DNA of 64,000 nt from an uncultured delta proteobacterium (GCA_963842085.1 CAWJET010000002.1:1024001-1088000), one strand, 5' to 3'; shown: positions 49,172 through 59,603, counted from the stretch's first letter. Notes: a model not told the origin generated them from the letters alone. Made by a program: numbers and translations.

Positions 49172-50227
49172 CTATGGCACCGGGGCGGCGCCTAGCAGGC
49201 CGGCAGCTTCGTCGTAGCCCAGCATCAGGTTCATGTTCTGTACGGCCTGACCCGAGGCGCCCTTGCCGAGATTGTCGATCGCGGTTATCACGAGCAAAGT
49301 TTCGCTGCGGCGATCGAGGATGAACGCCAACTCACAGAAATTCGTGGCGCGCACGTTGCGCAGCTCGGGCAGCTCACCGGGTTTGAGGATTCGCACGAAG
49401 CGCGACTTCGCGAAGCTCGCCTCGAAGGCGGCGTGAACGTCGCTCTCGGTCGTGCCGGCGCGCGGGCGCATGAAGATCGAGCTCAGCAGACCGCGCGTAA
49501 TCGGCAGCAGGTGCGGCACGAACAGCAGCGCGATGTCGCGCCCGAGCGCGGCGGAGATTTCCTGCTCCATCTCGGGGACGTGGCGATGGTTGCCGACCTT
49601 GTAGGCGCGGAAATTCTCGTTGACCTCGGCGAACAGCTGCTCGATCGACGCGGCGCGGCGCGCGCCGGTCGTGCCCGATTTAGCGTCGATGATTATCGAC
49701 GACGGCTCGATCAGGTCGCGCCTGATGAGCGGCAGCAGCGCGAGCAGCGCGCCGGTTGGAAAGCATCCGGGGGTGGCGACCAGCCGCGCCTCGCGCAGTT
49801 CATGGCGATGGAACTCGCTGAGCCCGTAAACCGCCTCCTTGAGCAGTTGCGGCGCGGGATGCTCGATACCGTAAGTCGTGCGGAACTGCGCCGGATCCTT
49901 GAAGCGGAAATCCGCCGACAGATCGACCACCTTGATCCCCGCCTTGATCAGTTCAGCGGTATGCGCGGTGCCGACCGTCTCGGGCAGGCACGAGATCGCG
50001 ACTTCGGCGCGCCCCTGCACGAGGTCGGGGCGCAATTCCTCGAACGGCGGCAAGTCGATGCCGGCCATGTGACGGTAAACGTCGGCGACCTCGCGTCCGG
50101 CGTAGTGCTCGGACGTGAGCACGCTCAGCTCGACGAACGGATGGCTGGCGAGAATGCGGACCGCCTCGATACCCGAGTATCCGGAGGCGCCAACCACGGC
50201 CACCTTGACCTTGTCGTGCGTAGCCAC
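49172..50227 (-). CDS. argC: N-acetyl-gamma-glutamyl-phosphate reductase
   Basis: GASGYSG, DLSADFR, PGCFPT, HRH.PE, IDNLGKGASGQA. Confidence 0.97.
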   Translation of the reverse strand: MATHDKVKVAVVGASGYSGIEAVRILASHPFVELSVLTSEHYAGREVADVYRHMAGIDLPPFEELRPDLVQGRAEVAISCLPETVGTAHTAELIKAGIKVVDLSADFRFKDPAQFRTTYGIEHPAPQLLKEAVYGLSEFHRHELREARLVATPGCFPTGALLALLPLIRRDLIEPSSIIIDAKSGTTGARRAASIEQLFAEVNENFRAYKVGNHRHVPEMEQEISAALGRDIALLFVPHLLPITRGLLSSIFMRPRAGTTESDVHAAFEASFAKSRFVRILKPGELPELRNVRATNFCELAFILDRRSETLLVITAIDNLGKGASGQAVQNMNLMLGYDEAAGLLGAAPVP

Positions 50228-50309
50228 TTGGGGAATCTCAATGCTCCTTTGCGAGTTGCGGTAGAAACCACTCAGTTATCATGATCGCGCACGCCGGGCC
50301 AGTTGGCGG

Positions 50310-52535
50310 TTACTTGCTCTCGAACTCGAAGACCATCTCGGTCGGCGGATGGTCGGGGTCGGCGGCCAGTTTGTCGAGGTAAATCTGCACCGGCGTGTCG
50401 TCGGGGCGCGTCTCGCCCAGCCGTTCGAGCTCCCGGCGCGCGGATGACACGTCGCCCGCGCGAATCATGGACAGCGCGTCGCCAAAGAGGCGATAGAACG
50501 AAGGATCGACGCTGTCGTTCTCGCGCCCGGCGACGTGCACGATCGGCACGAACAGCTGTTTCCCTTTGACCTTGACCAGCCCGAGCTCGCGCCCGATGTA
50601 ACCGGCGCCTGCTTCGTTGTAGGTCTGACGGCTGACCAGCAGATGCACCTTGAAGTGACGGGTCAATCCTTCCAGCCGCGAGGCGAAGTTGACCGTGTCG
50701 CCGATGACCGAGTAATCGAAACGGTTTTCGCCGCCGAGGTTGCCGACCACGACGTCGCCGGTCGAAATGCCGATGCCAATGTCGAGATCGGCGAAGCGCG
50801 GATCGCTGGTCTGGAGCTCGTGGAGATTCTCGAGCATCTTGAGCGCGCAATCGATCGCCGCGCGCGACGGATTTTCCAGTTCGTTGGGCGCGCCCCAGAA
50901 CGCCATGATTCCGTCGCCCATCAACTTGTCCACGACTCCGCCGGTCTTGAAAATCACGTCGATCATCGAGGTCATGTAGGTGTTCAGGAGCGCGAGCAGG
51001 TCCTCGGGTTCGGTCTTCTCGGCGCGCTTGGTGAAGCTGACGATATCGGCAAAGAGGATCGCCAGATGACGCTTCTCGCCGCCGAGTTTCAAACCCTCGG
51101 GCGAATCGAGCAGCGAGGTAATGACGTCGGGGTTCAAATAATGCTCGAAGGCGTTGCGCAAGTAGCGCTTTTCGCGTCCTTCGGTGATGTACCGATAGCC
51201 GGCCAGGAACATGTAGATCAGAATCGCGGCGAACATCGGGAAGACGATCCCGATTACCAGACCGTCATCAAGCAGCCGGTGCTGAGCGTAGGCGTAATAG
51301 CCAAGCAGCAGGATTACGCCCAACGCGGCCGACGACATCGCCGACAGCCACGCGACGCCAAGCGACATCGCGATGCCGATCAGGAGCGTGGCGCCCAGCG
51401 CTATTTCCTCGGCCTCGATCGGGCGGCGAAGGAAGTCGCCCTGAAGCATGTTGTCGATCGCGTTGGCGTGGATCTCGACGCGCGGCATATCGGGGTTGAC
51501 CGGCGTCACACCGCGATCGCCGAGCCCGTGAGCGGTCGCGCCGACAAGGACGAGCTTGCCCGCGAGTTTCTCCAGCGCAATCTTGTGATTGATGATGTCC
51601 GAGACGGAGTAGTAAGGGAACGGATCGCCGCCGCGGCGGAAATTCACCAGCATCCGGCCATCGTCGTCAACCGGCAACCGCACACCGGCGACCGACAGGC
51701 CCGACACACCGTCGGGATCGAGGCCCAATACCATCGGCGCCCCGTTGGCGTACGCGTCGGCGACGGCGATGAACAGCGGCACACAGTAGTGGCCGTCGAA
51801 GTGGATGACCGTCATCTCGGTGCGGATTTCACCGTCGGCGTCCGCATCAATGTCGAAGAATCCGGTCGAGTGCGCCGCATCGCTGAGCAGTGCGGTGGGC
51901 GGCTCATACGCCTGCGCCTCGATCAAGTCGTGCGGCCTGCCTGGAGCCTGTCGTATGATTCCGTAGGCCAGCGGCCCGGGCGGTCGAATCTTGTCAAGGT
52001 AACCGACCGTTTTCACCGTTCCCACCCGACTCTTCATATGGTGGGCCTGGAAGGCGTACCCCAGCACGGTCAGGCCCTGCGATTTCATCGCGTTTGCAAA
52101 TGCCTCGTCGTTGCTGGGACCCAGGACCTCGCGGATCGTCTGCCCCGTAAGGCCGAGTTGCGCAAGCTTCTCACTTATATCCCCGCGCGCTACGTCGCTC
52201 TTGTCGGCTTCGCTGAAGATCGCGTCGAATCCGATGACCTTGACCTTGTAGTCGTTGAGCGCGTCGATCAGCCGGGCGAGCACAATCCGCGGCCACGGCC
52301 ATTGCCCGAGTTGCGCGATGCTGCGGTCGTCAATCGTGGCGATCGCGACCATGCCCGAGGCGGGACGCGGAGCGACCGTGTTGATGCGCAGGTCGTACGC
52401 GATCAGATCCATCCGCTCGAATGCTTGGTGGAAGCGGTCGTGGGCGGCGAACATGAAGCCGAGCAGCACGATTCCGAACAGGAAGGTGCGCCACGAGAAT
52501 CTCAGCGCCGTATGTGACGATTTTGCGCTCGCCAT
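50310..52535 (-). CDS. CHASE2-domain class III adenylate cyclase
   Basis: WPWPR, GFDAIF, D.DG..R, VEIHA; 3 TM; FADIV, DKLMGDG, DYSVIGDTVNFASRLE. Confidence 0.93.
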   Translation of the reverse strand: MASAKSSHTALRFSWRTFLFGIVLLGFMFAAHDRFHQAFERMDLIAYDLRINTVAPRPASGMVAIATIDDRSIAQLGQWPWPRIVLARLIDALNDYKVKVIGFDAIFSEADKSDVARGDISEKLAQLGLTGQTIREVLGPSNDEAFANAMKSQGLTVLGYAFQAHHMKSRVGTVKTVGYLDKIRPPGPLAYGIIRQAPGRPHDLIEAQAYEPPTALLSDAAHSTGFFDIDADADGEIRTEMTVIHFDGHYCVPLFIAVADAYANGAPMVLGLDPDGVSGLSVAGVRLPVDDDGRMLVNFRRGGDPFPYYSVSDIINHKIALEKLAGKLVLVGATAHGLGDRGVTPVNPDMPRVEIHANAIDNMLQGDFLRRPIEAEEIALGATLLIGIAMSLGVAWLSAMSSAALGVILLLGYYAYAQHRLLDDGLVIGIVFPMFAAILIYMFLAGYRYITEGREKRYLRNAFEHYLNPDVITSLLDSPEGLKLGGEKRHLAILFADIVSFTKRAEKTEPEDLLALLNTYMTSMIDVIFKTGGVVDKLMGDGIMAFWGAPNELENPSRAAIDCALKMLENLHELQTSDPRFADLDIGIGISTGDVVVGNLGGENRFDYSVIGDTVNFASRLEGLTRHFKVHLLVSRQTYNEAGAGYIGRELGLVKVKGKQLFVPIVHVAGRENDSVDPSFYRLFGDALSMIRAGDVSSARRELERLGETRPDDTPVQIYLDKLAADPDHPPTEMVFEFESK

Positions 52536-52644
52536 CGTTACCGATTCGAGCTTAGCTCGCAGCCGCGTGCGCCGCTAACCGCCCTGGCCGGCGCCGCGAA
52601 CGCCAACCACGCGACGATTGCGGTACCCGCGTCAAACGTCGCGC

Positions 52645-53415
52645 CTACTCGAACCAGTTAAGCTGCTTGTACATGCTGATCTGGCCGTACTGATGCGCGT
52701 TGCCGTAACCCGCCTGCGCGCTCACGCCGAGCTGCCACGGCCGGTAGTAGAAGCCGAGATCGGGGCCGCCCTGGCCCTGCGCGTCGCTCAGAAAGCCGCC
52801 GAAGTACATCGCACCGCCGACACCGCCAAGGATCATGTATTTTTCGGTCGAGAGCAGTATTGCCTGCAGATCGATTTCGGTGCTTTCGACGCCGTTCTGA
52901 TAATCATAGATCGAGCTGAACGATCCGTTGAACGGATGCTGACTGTGCAGAAATATCCAGCTCGAAAAATCACCCTCGATCACGCTGGCGTCGCTATCCG
53001 CCACGTCGTGGCCGCCCGAGACGTAGAGATGCGTGCCCGGGAATAGTGTGAAATCGGCGCCGCCCTGGAAGCGGCCGAAGTTGAGGCGTGGAAAACTGCC
53101 GCTGCCAGGCGCCAGCGGACTCTCAAAGCCGTTGCCGATCCACAGTTGGTAACCCGTCGCACGGCCGAAAAACCCGATGTATGGCGTCACGCTTTGCTCG
53201 ACCTGCACCCCCTCCTGCAGCACGCCATATTTGTCGCTGACGAAGCCGCCGCCGAAGGCGGTTGCCTGGAGGAGTCCGGGCGTCTGGAGCGAGAAGAATC
53301 CCGGATAGTTGTCTTCGAACCATTGCGCATGTGCGGCCGGCGCGATCGCCAACGCGCTCAGCGCCACTAACAGGGCGACCGCCATGCTAACGCGGAAAAT
53401 TCGATTCGTCGCCAT
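52645..53415 (-). CDS. Exported protein, putative small outer-membrane beta-barrel
   Basis: AHA signal peptide; aromatic/Gly-rich alternating segments; C-terminus YKQLNWFE. Confidence 0.55.
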   Translation of the reverse strand: MATNRIFRVSMAVALLVALSALAIAPAAHAQWFEDNYPGFFSLQTPGLLQATAFGGGFVSDKYGVLQEGVQVEQSVTPYIGFFGRATGYQLWIGNGFESPLAPGSGSFPRLNFGRFQGGADFTLFPGTHLYVSGGHDVADSDASVIEGDFSSWIFLHSQHPFNGSFSSIYDYQNGVESTEIDLQAILLSTEKYMILGGVGGAMYFGGFLSDAQGQGGPDLGFYYRPWQLGVSAQAGYGNAHQYGQISMYKQLNWFE

Positions 53416-53430
53416 GTCCCACCTCCTCCC

Positions 53431-54171
53431 CTACCGACCCGTCGTCGTTGTGGTCGTCATGTTCGTGCATACCGGACATGCCGGCACCGGCGCGCCGCCC
53501 GATGCGGCCGCGGCTCCCGTGAACATAGTGCTGGCGCCCGCGGTCGCGCTGTCGAGCGACACCGCGCCGGTCATCGCGAGCGGTCCGGGAGCGGTCGGAG
53601 GCTTGTCGCATGGCAGCGTCGCTTCGTAACCCGCTCCGACATCCTGACCCAGCGCGGGATTCCCGATGGGCGCCAGGTTGACCGTCCCCTGATACACGGA
53701 GACGTCAGTATATTTTTCGCAGCCCTGGTATCCGGGCCTGATCACATTCTCGGTGTACGCGGTATCGAACCTCGTGCCGCGCACGGCCGCGACCGCGTTG
53801 GGAGTGTGCACCTGGTAATTTGCCGGCGCGCCGCCCGAGGCGGCGTTCACCAGCGATCGCAGCACGCCCGAGAACAAGCTCACGCGCGTCGAGGTGGCAC
53901 CGCCGGTAACCGTGAACTCGTCGAGCGTGATGCTGCTGGAGGGACCCAGCTCGAGCCGGCTCTGATCGTTGAGTATGATGACGGCATGACCGCCGGCGCC
54001 GGTCACGATTCGATCGCCCACGTTTACGCCGACGCCGGCGGCCGCTCCGATCGTCGCGCCGCCGGTGCGCTGAATTTGCACCTGACCGCTCACCGACTGG
54101 AAAGCTCCGGCTGCCGTCTGCGCCAGCGCCGGCGCGGATACCACAAGCATCAGCGCGCTCATCAGCAACAA
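53431..54171 (-). CDS. Exported FecR-domain protein
   Basis: GDRIVTG, L.DQS.L.LG.SS, VHTPNAVAAVRGT.F, VSVYQGTV. Confidence 0.85.
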   Translation of the reverse strand: MLLMSALMLVVSAPALAQTAAGAFQSVSGQVQIQRTGGATIGAAAGVGVNVGDRIVTGAGGHAVIILNDQSRLELGPSSSITLDEFTVTGGATSTRVSLFSGVLRSLVNAASGGAPANYQVHTPNAVAAVRGTRFDTAYTENVIRPGYQGCEKYTDVSVYQGTVNLAPIGNPALGQDVGAGYEATLPCDKPPTAPGPLAMTGAVSLDSATAGASTMFTGAAAASGGAPVPACPVCTNMTTTTTTGR

Positions 54172-54313
54172 CTCCGCAGCAACCCCGGCGCTACGACGTA
54201 ATCGGTCTCGACGCGTCTGATGGCGCTCCTTTACTGCTGGCGCCTACCTTGTATTGGTCCTCATCGGGATTTGTCAATCGCTCCGCTAAGTACCTGTAAT
54301 CGCGGCACAAATG

Positions 54314-54340
54314 AAAAGGGCGCGAGCATCGCTCACGCCC
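54314..54340 (-). terminator. Intrinsic terminator after rpsI
   Basis: GGGCGTGAGC-GAT-GCTCGCGCCC-TTTT on the minus strand. Confidence 0.7.
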
Positions 54341-54394
54341 CCGTCGCCTCAAATTGAGTTACCGCGCGCCGCGCCCGCGGATTCGCTCCCCCCG

Positions 54395-54793
54395 CTAGCG
54401 CTTGGAGTACTGCGGCCGCTTGCGCGCCTTGTGACGCCCGTACTTCTTGCGCTCAACCTCGCGCGGATCGCGCGTCAGCATCCCGCCCTTGCGCAGTGTC
54501 GGGCGCAGCGTCTCGGTCGCGCCGATCAGCGCACGCGAAATCCCGTGACGGACCGCGTCGGCCTGCGCCGCGATTCCGCCGCCCTCGACGCTCACCAGCA
54601 CATCGTACTGCCCAACGGTCTCGGTCGCCTCGAACGGCTCGAGGATTCGCATCCGCGAGGTCGGCCGCGGGAAGTAGTCCTCGAGCGTGCGCTCGTTGAT
54701 CGTGATCGTGCCGCTGCCGGGAAGCATCCTGACGCGCGCCACCGCGGTCTTGCGCCGCCCCGTAGTCCAGATGATGTTTTTCTTTTCTGCCAT
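54395..54793 (-). CDS. rpsI: 30S ribosomal protein S9
   Basis: [11 protein letters not shown]...[23 protein letters not shown]. Confidence 0.98.
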   Translation of the reverse strand: MAEKKNIIWTTGRRKTAVARVRMLPGSGTITINERTLEDYFPRPTSRMRILEPFEATETVGQYDVLVSVEGGGIAAQADAVRHGISRALIGATETLRPTLRKGGMLTRDPREVERKKYGRHKARKRPQYSKR

Positions 54794-54810
54794 GTGACGA
54801 TCGTGCCTTG

Positions 54811-55257
54811 TTAGACGTTCACGGCGCGGGGCTTCTGCGCCGCGTGCGGATGCTCGGGCCCGCGATAGACTTTAAGCTTGTTGAAAATCTGATGGCCGAG
54901 CCGATTCTTCGGCAGCATCCCTTTAACCGCAATTTCGAGCAGCCGCTCGGGCTTGGCTTCGAGCATCTTGCCCGCCGAGGTCTTGCGGATTCCGCCCGGC
55001 CATTCCGTATGGCGATAGTACAGCTTGCCCTGCGCCTTCGATCCCGTCAGGCGAACCTTGGCGGCGTTGATGATAACGACGAAGTCGCCGGTATCCTGGT
55101 TGGGCGTGTAATCGGGCCGCGTCTTGCCGGTCAGCAGGCTCGCCGCACGCGACGCCACGCGTCCGAGTGCGCGCTCGCTTGCATCGATTACGACCCAGTT
55201 GCGGTCGCGCAGTCCGCTCTCGCGCGAGATGCTGCGGGTTTGTTCGGTCAGCTTCAA
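54811..55257 (-). CDS. rplM: 50S ribosomal protein L13
   Basis: [35 protein letters not shown]. Confidence 0.98.
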   Translation of the reverse strand: MKLTEQTRSISRESGLRDRNWVVIDASERALGRVASRAASLLTGKTRPDYTPNQDTGDFVVIINAAKVRLTGSKAQGKLYYRHTEWPGGIRKTSAGKMLEAKPERLLEIAVKGMLPKNRLGHQIFNKLKVYRGPEHPHAAQKPRAVNV

Positions 55258-55282
55258 GTTCGTGCCTCTAAAGATTCAATTT

Positions 55283-55360
55283 TGGCGGGGCCGATGGGAT
55301 TTGAACCCACGACTTCCGACGTGACAGGCCGGCGTTCTAACCGGGCTGAACTACGACCCC
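55283..55360 (-). tRNA. tRNA-Asp(GTC)
   Basis: GGGGTCG..CGGCCCC GCCA; anticodon loop CTGTCAC; GGTTCAAAT. Confidence 0.97.
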
Positions 55361-55501
55361 GCCCGAACCATCCTTTGTTACATTTTCCAGCCCGCGTAGC
55401 AACAACGTTCTGAACTACAGCTCGCGCGCCCGAGCTGCGTCGGGTTCGCTTGGCGGCAGAGCGCGCTGCTTGAAACCGTGCGCCAGTTCCTCACCTCCGC
55501 G

Positions 55502-55892
55502 GCAGGGGTGACCCCTGCACCCGGTGACCTCAACGCGCGGCCCTTTCTCTAGTGCGCGACACCGTAGCGGCGGATGGCGATGCGGCTCAGGGGGCTCCGG
55601 GGTCCCTCCACTCCGGTCGGGATGACGGAAGAAGAGACCCGGGATTGTATCGCCGCGGCGGCTTCAGAATGACACGGTTAGGCGGCTCGCTCCGTGATTG
55701 GGCGAGGGGAAATCGCGCAGTGTGGAGACAACAGATCCGGGGTCCCTCCGCTCCGGCAGCCTCCGGTCGGGATGACAGAGGTTGGCGGGCACGGCGCCCA
55801 ACCCACTACGGTGAGGTTGCAGAGAAGCCCCGACAACGGAGCGCGGCGGCAGGAGCACAGCCAGAATCACTGGGTGCAGGGGTCACCCCTGC
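55502..55892. repeat. REP cluster bounded by inverted 21-bp GGGTGCAGGGGTCACCCCTGC copies
   Basis: Copies at 55502-55522 and 55872-55892; internal GGGTCCCTCC...CCGGTCGGGATGAC twice. Confidence 0.8.
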
Positions 55893-56929
55893 TAGGCGAC
55901 GCGGCGCATCAGCTCCAGGATGTCGTAGCCGGTGATTTCGCGGCTCTTGGCGGACCAGTCGCGAAGCTCCGTGTCGGACACCATCCCGGCTTGCGCGCCC
56001 TTGGCCAGATCCATCAGGCCAATCTTGATCGTTGCTTCGTCGATCATCTCGCCCGACTTGGGATCGGCCATCGAGCCGCCGCCCTTCTCGTGGTAGAGCT
56101 TGATCACTCGGCGCGCTTCCTCGACCTGTTCGACGCTCGGCGTGTAGCACGCATTGGCGATCTCCGCCTGCTGCGGATGTATTACCCAGGTGCCGTCCAT
56201 CCCGAGGTTCGCTGCGCCCACGTTCTTCTCGCGCAGTCCGTCTTGCAGTTGCTTGATGCGCTCGGGCGAATCGGTGTTGCGCCACAGGCGCAGATAGACG
56301 TTGTCGATTGCGTGCAGGCCGGCGGCCTTGGCGGCGACCACCACCGCCTGCTTCGAGTAGTGAAAATTCTGGTTCTGATTCTCGACGATCTCACGGATGC
56401 CGAGATTGGCGGCGTAGTCGGCGATGCCGAACACCAGCCCGCACATCCGGTCGGAGGCGGTTGCTATCTCATACGCCTTGATCAGCGCGTGCGGGGTCTC
56501 GATGAGCGATTCGATCTGGAGGCGGTACTTCCATCCGCCGCGCTTTTCGAGATCGTCGAGCAGCTTCGACACTTCGCGAATCTCCTCGGGGCCGCGCGTC
56601 TTCGGCAGCATGATGCCGTGGAAGCGATTCGGCGCGCCGAGCACGATCGCCTCCATGTCGCCCTTGAAGAACTTCGAATGGATGTTGTTGGGGCGGACCG
56701 TCACGACCTTCTTGCCGAAGTCGAGCGTGTTGAGCGCCTCGACCATTACCTTGCGGCTCTTCTCGCCCTTGAACTCGTACGGGCACGCGTCTTCGAAGTC
56801 CGCCATCACGTGATCGACCGGCGCTTTCACCGCGTCGGCGGCGGTGACATGCAGCTTCATGTTGTGACCCGGATAGGTCATCTCGGTGCGCGGAATCACG
56901 AAGCGTGTGCCTTTGTCCAGTACGTACAT
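55892..56929 (-). CDS. mcl: CitE/HpcH-family CoA-ester lyase, probable malyl-CoA/beta-methylmalyl-CoA lyase
   Basis: DFEDA, VRPN, LPK, IET, FG.AD, W.IHP.Q, MIDEA; context with ccr and mcd. Confidence 0.7.
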   Translation of the reverse strand: MYVLDKGTRFVIPRTEMTYPGHNMKLHVTAADAVKAPVDHVMADFEDACPYEFKGEKSRKVMVEALNTLDFGKKVVTVRPNNIHSKFFKGDMEAIVLGAPNRFHGIMLPKTRGPEEIREVSKLLDDLEKRGGWKYRLQIESLIETPHALIKAYEIATASDRMCGLVFGIADYAANLGIREIVENQNQNFHYSKQAVVVAAKAAGLHAIDNVYLRLWRNTDSPERIKQLQDGLREKNVGAANLGMDGTWVIHPQQAEIANACYTPSVEQVEEARRVIKLYHEKGGGSMADPKSGEMIDEATIKIGLMDLAKGAQAGMVSDTELRDWSAKSREITGYDILELMRRVA

Positions 56930-56950
56930 CGATTTCTCCCGCTGAATTTC

Positions 56951-57433
56951 TCAGGCCGGCAGGTAATGCGTCTTGCGCTTGATCAAAACGGTGCGCTCAA
57001 TTTCAACGACGACGGTGCCGTCTGGCTTCTTTCCTATCAGTTTGAATTTCACGAGTCCCGCGTCGGGCCGGTCCGCGTCGCGCTTCTCGAGCACGGTCGA
57101 TTCGGCATATATCGTGTCGCCGTGAAAGACCGGATTTGTGTGCTTGCCGTTGTCCATCTCGACTTCGGCGATCGCGTTCTCGCTCGTGTCCTCCGACGCG
57201 AGCCCGACCGTGAACGCCAGCACCACGCCGCCATACACCAGCAGCTTGCCGCCGACGTACGCGCCGGGGTTCTTGTCGATCAAATCCTGGTTGAAGTGCA
57301 GCTCGGCGGTGTTCATCACCAGCGAAGTGAACACGTGATTGTCGGACTCGGTGATCGTGCGGCCGCGCTGATGCACGAGCGTGTCGCCGACGTTGAAGTC
57401 CTCGAAGTAGCTGCCGTCGCTGGTGATGCTCAC
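56951..57433 (-). CDS. MaoC-family dehydratase (candidate mesaconyl-CoA hydratase subunit)
   Basis: YFEDF.VG, GRTITESDN, N..ELH, PVFHGDT. Confidence 0.85.
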   Translation of the reverse strand: MSITSDGSYFEDFNVGDTLVHQRGRTITESDNHVFTSLVMNTAELHFNQDLIDKNPGAYVGGKLLVYGGVVLAFTVGLASEDTSENAIAEVEMDNGKHTNPVFHGDTIYAESTVLEKRDADRPDAGLVKFKLIGKKPDGTVVVEIERTVLIKRKTHYLPA

Positions 57434-57434
57434 G

Positions 57435-58601
57435 TCAGTTCTGCTCCATGATACGCCGGCCGATCACCTCGTACTGAATCTCGCTGGTGCCCTCGAAGAT
57501 CGACAGCACGCGCGCATCGCGCCAGAAGCGCTGTGCCTCGAACTCCATCGAGTAGCCGTAGCCGCCGTGCACCTGCATCGCCTCGCGTGTGACCCGCTCG
57601 GCCATCTCGGCGGCGAACGCCTTGGCCAGTCCGGCCTCGTAGTCGCATCGCTTGCCGGTGTCCTTTTCGGCGGCGGCGAAGTAGCAAAGCTGGCGCGCCG
57701 CTTCGATCTCGACGGCCATGTGCGCGAGCTTGTGCCGGATCACCTGGAAGTCGCCGATCGGCTGTCCGAACTGCTTGCGATCCTTTGCGTACTTGACCGC
57801 GCATTCGAACGCCGCCTGCGCGACGCCGACGCCGCGCGCGGCAGTCTGGATTCGCGCCGCCTCGTAGCTTGCCATCAACTGGTAAAATCCGCGCCCTTCG
57901 ACGCCGCCAATCAGGTTCGCCTTGGGCGCGAACGCGTCGTCGAACTGCAGCGCGTAACTGCGCATCCCGTGGTAGCCGATGGTGGGAATCGGCGAGCCGG
58001 TCAGAGTCGGCGGCATGAAGTCGTCGCCGGGCTCCTTCTCGAACAGAATCAGCGACAGTCCCTTGTGCCGCTTCGAGATGTCCGGGTCAGTGCGCGTCAT
58101 GACGGTGAGCATATGCGCGCGATTGGCGAACGTGCACCACATTTTCGAGCCCTTGATCAGGTAGCCGTCGCCCTCCTTCACCGCCCGCGTTTTGAACGAC
58201 GCGGTGTCGCTGCCCGAATCGGGCTCGGTGAACGCGGCCGCGGTCAGAATCTCACCGCGCGCAATCGGCGGCAGGAACTTCTTTTTCTGCTCGGGCGTGC
58301 CGTTGGCGCTGATCAGTGTGCCGGTGATGATGTTGCGCGTCATCACGGAGCCGACGCTGAGCCATCCGCGCGACAATTCCTCGGTGACGATCGCCATCGA
58401 GATGTAATCCAGCCCCATGCCGCCGTCCTCGGCGGGAAAAATCACGCCGAAGTAGCCGAGCTCGGCCATCTGCTTGAGGATGCGCTCGGGGATTTCCTTG
58501 TTATTGCGATCGAGGTCGTTGGCGATCGGCTTGACCTCGGCCTCGACGAACTCGCGGACCGAACGCCGGATAAATTCATGCTCAGGCGTGACCAGAGGCA
58601 T
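57435..58601 (-). CDS. mcd: Acyl-CoA dehydrogenase, probable (2S)-methylsuccinyl-CoA dehydrogenase (short form)
   Basis: EELSRG..SVGS, ARIQTAAR, ARQL.YFAA.EKD.G.RCD.EAG.AK resemble the Mcd core; context. Confidence 0.7.
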   Translation of the reverse strand: MPLVTPEHEFIRRSVREFVEAEVKPIANDLDRNNKEIPERILKQMAELGYFGVIFPAEDGGMGLDYISMAIVTEELSRGWLSVGSVMTRNIITGTLISANGTPEQKKKFLPPIARGEILTAAAFTEPDSGSDTASFKTRAVKEGDGYLIKGSKMWCTFANRAHMLTVMTRTDPDISKRHKGLSLILFEKEPGDDFMPPTLTGSPIPTIGYHGMRSYALQFDDAFAPKANLIGGVEGRGFYQLMASYEAARIQTAARGVGVAQAAFECAVKYAKDRKQFGQPIGDFQVIRHKLAHMAVEIEAARQLCYFAAAEKDTGKRCDYEAGLAKAFAAEMAERVTREAMQVHGGYGYSMEFEAQRFWRDARVLSIFEGTSEIQYEVIGRRIMEQN

Positions 58602-58610
58602 CGTGTACTC

Positions 58611-59087
58611 CTAAGCGGGACTGGCGGGATTGCGCTTGCGAATCAGGACCGGCCGCTCGTACTCGAGCACCTTTTCGCCGCGTTGGTTGTAGCCGGTGGT
58701 GCGGAACTTGACGACGCCGCGGTCGGGCCGCGAGGTGTCGCGCTTGGAGAGCACCAGCGACTCGGAGGTTATGGTGTCGCCGGGATAGACCGTCTCGTGC
58801 CACTTCATTTTTTCGTAGCCGAGGTGCGCGATCGCGCGTTCGCTGAGATCCTCGACCGAAAGCCCGAACACCACGTTCATCACCAGCATGTGATTGACGA
58901 CAACGTTCCTGTAGCCGAGCGACTGCGCGTACTCGCGATTGAAGTAGCTGGGGTTGAAGTTCATCGTGACGCTGGAGAAGAAGCTGTTGTCGCCTTCGGT
59001 GATCGTGCGGCCCCAATGATGCTTGAAAAGATGGCCGACCTCGAAGTCCTCGAAGTAGTGGCCACGCTCGATTTTGCGCACCGCCAT
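58611..59087 (-). CDS. MaoC-family dehydratase (candidate mesaconyl-CoA hydratase subunit)
   Basis: YFEDFEVG, GRTITEGDN, GLSVEDLS, VYPGDT. Confidence 0.85.
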   Translation of the reverse strand: MAVRKIERGHYFEDFEVGHLFKHHWGRTITEGDNSFFSSVTMNFNPSYFNREYAQSLGYRNVVVNHMLVMNVVFGLSVEDLSERAIAHLGYEKMKWHETVYPGDTITSESLVLSKRDTSRPDRGVVKFRTTGYNQRGEKVLEYERPVLIRKRNPASPA

Positions 59088-59276
59088 ATGGGTCAGGCTG
59101 CCTTGCTTCCAGTGATCGTAGAATCAACGAAAACGAAAAAGTCCTGAAGCCGAATCCGTTTTTTATGGAATTAGCGGATGCGCGTCAACCGACCGGATGC
59201 GCGGGTACTGTCTTAGTTCGAGCCTGAATGTCTGAGTTTGAAGCTGCGAGTGTCTTAATTTCCGTTGAAACCCGGA

Positions 59277-59603
59277 TCATTCGTCACGAAGGGGTAACGA
59301 GTGGGTAAGCTTGAAAAAGCGAAGACTCGCATTTCCCATAAGGCGCGGGTCATCCTCGCCTAGGCACAGGAATGCATCGCGCGGCAGTTCGCTGTGGGTT
59401 TGTCGCGCCCGCTCCTCGGCCTTCGGTTTGATTGCGTCAATTTCTTTTTGGCAGTCGGCTGCGGTATCGAAGAACTTAATGGGAAGCCATTTTGATACCG
59501 GGGCATTCCAGTCAGCCATTGGTGGCTTGACCCCTGCCTTTAGAGGCGGCCCTATCATATACCAACCCACAAGCGCGAGCGCGGCGGCGTGGCGGGGCTT
59601 CAT
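59277..59603 (-). CDS. Small exported hypothetical protein (HAAALALVGWY...C...C..DDPRL)
   Basis: N-terminal hydrophobic stretch and a Cys pair. Confidence 0.6.
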   Translation of the reverse strand: MKPRHAAALALVGWYMIGPPLKAGVKPPMADWNAPVSKWLPIKFFDTAADCQKEIDAIKPKAEERARQTHSELPRDAFLCLGEDDPRLMGNASLRFFKLTHSLPLRDE

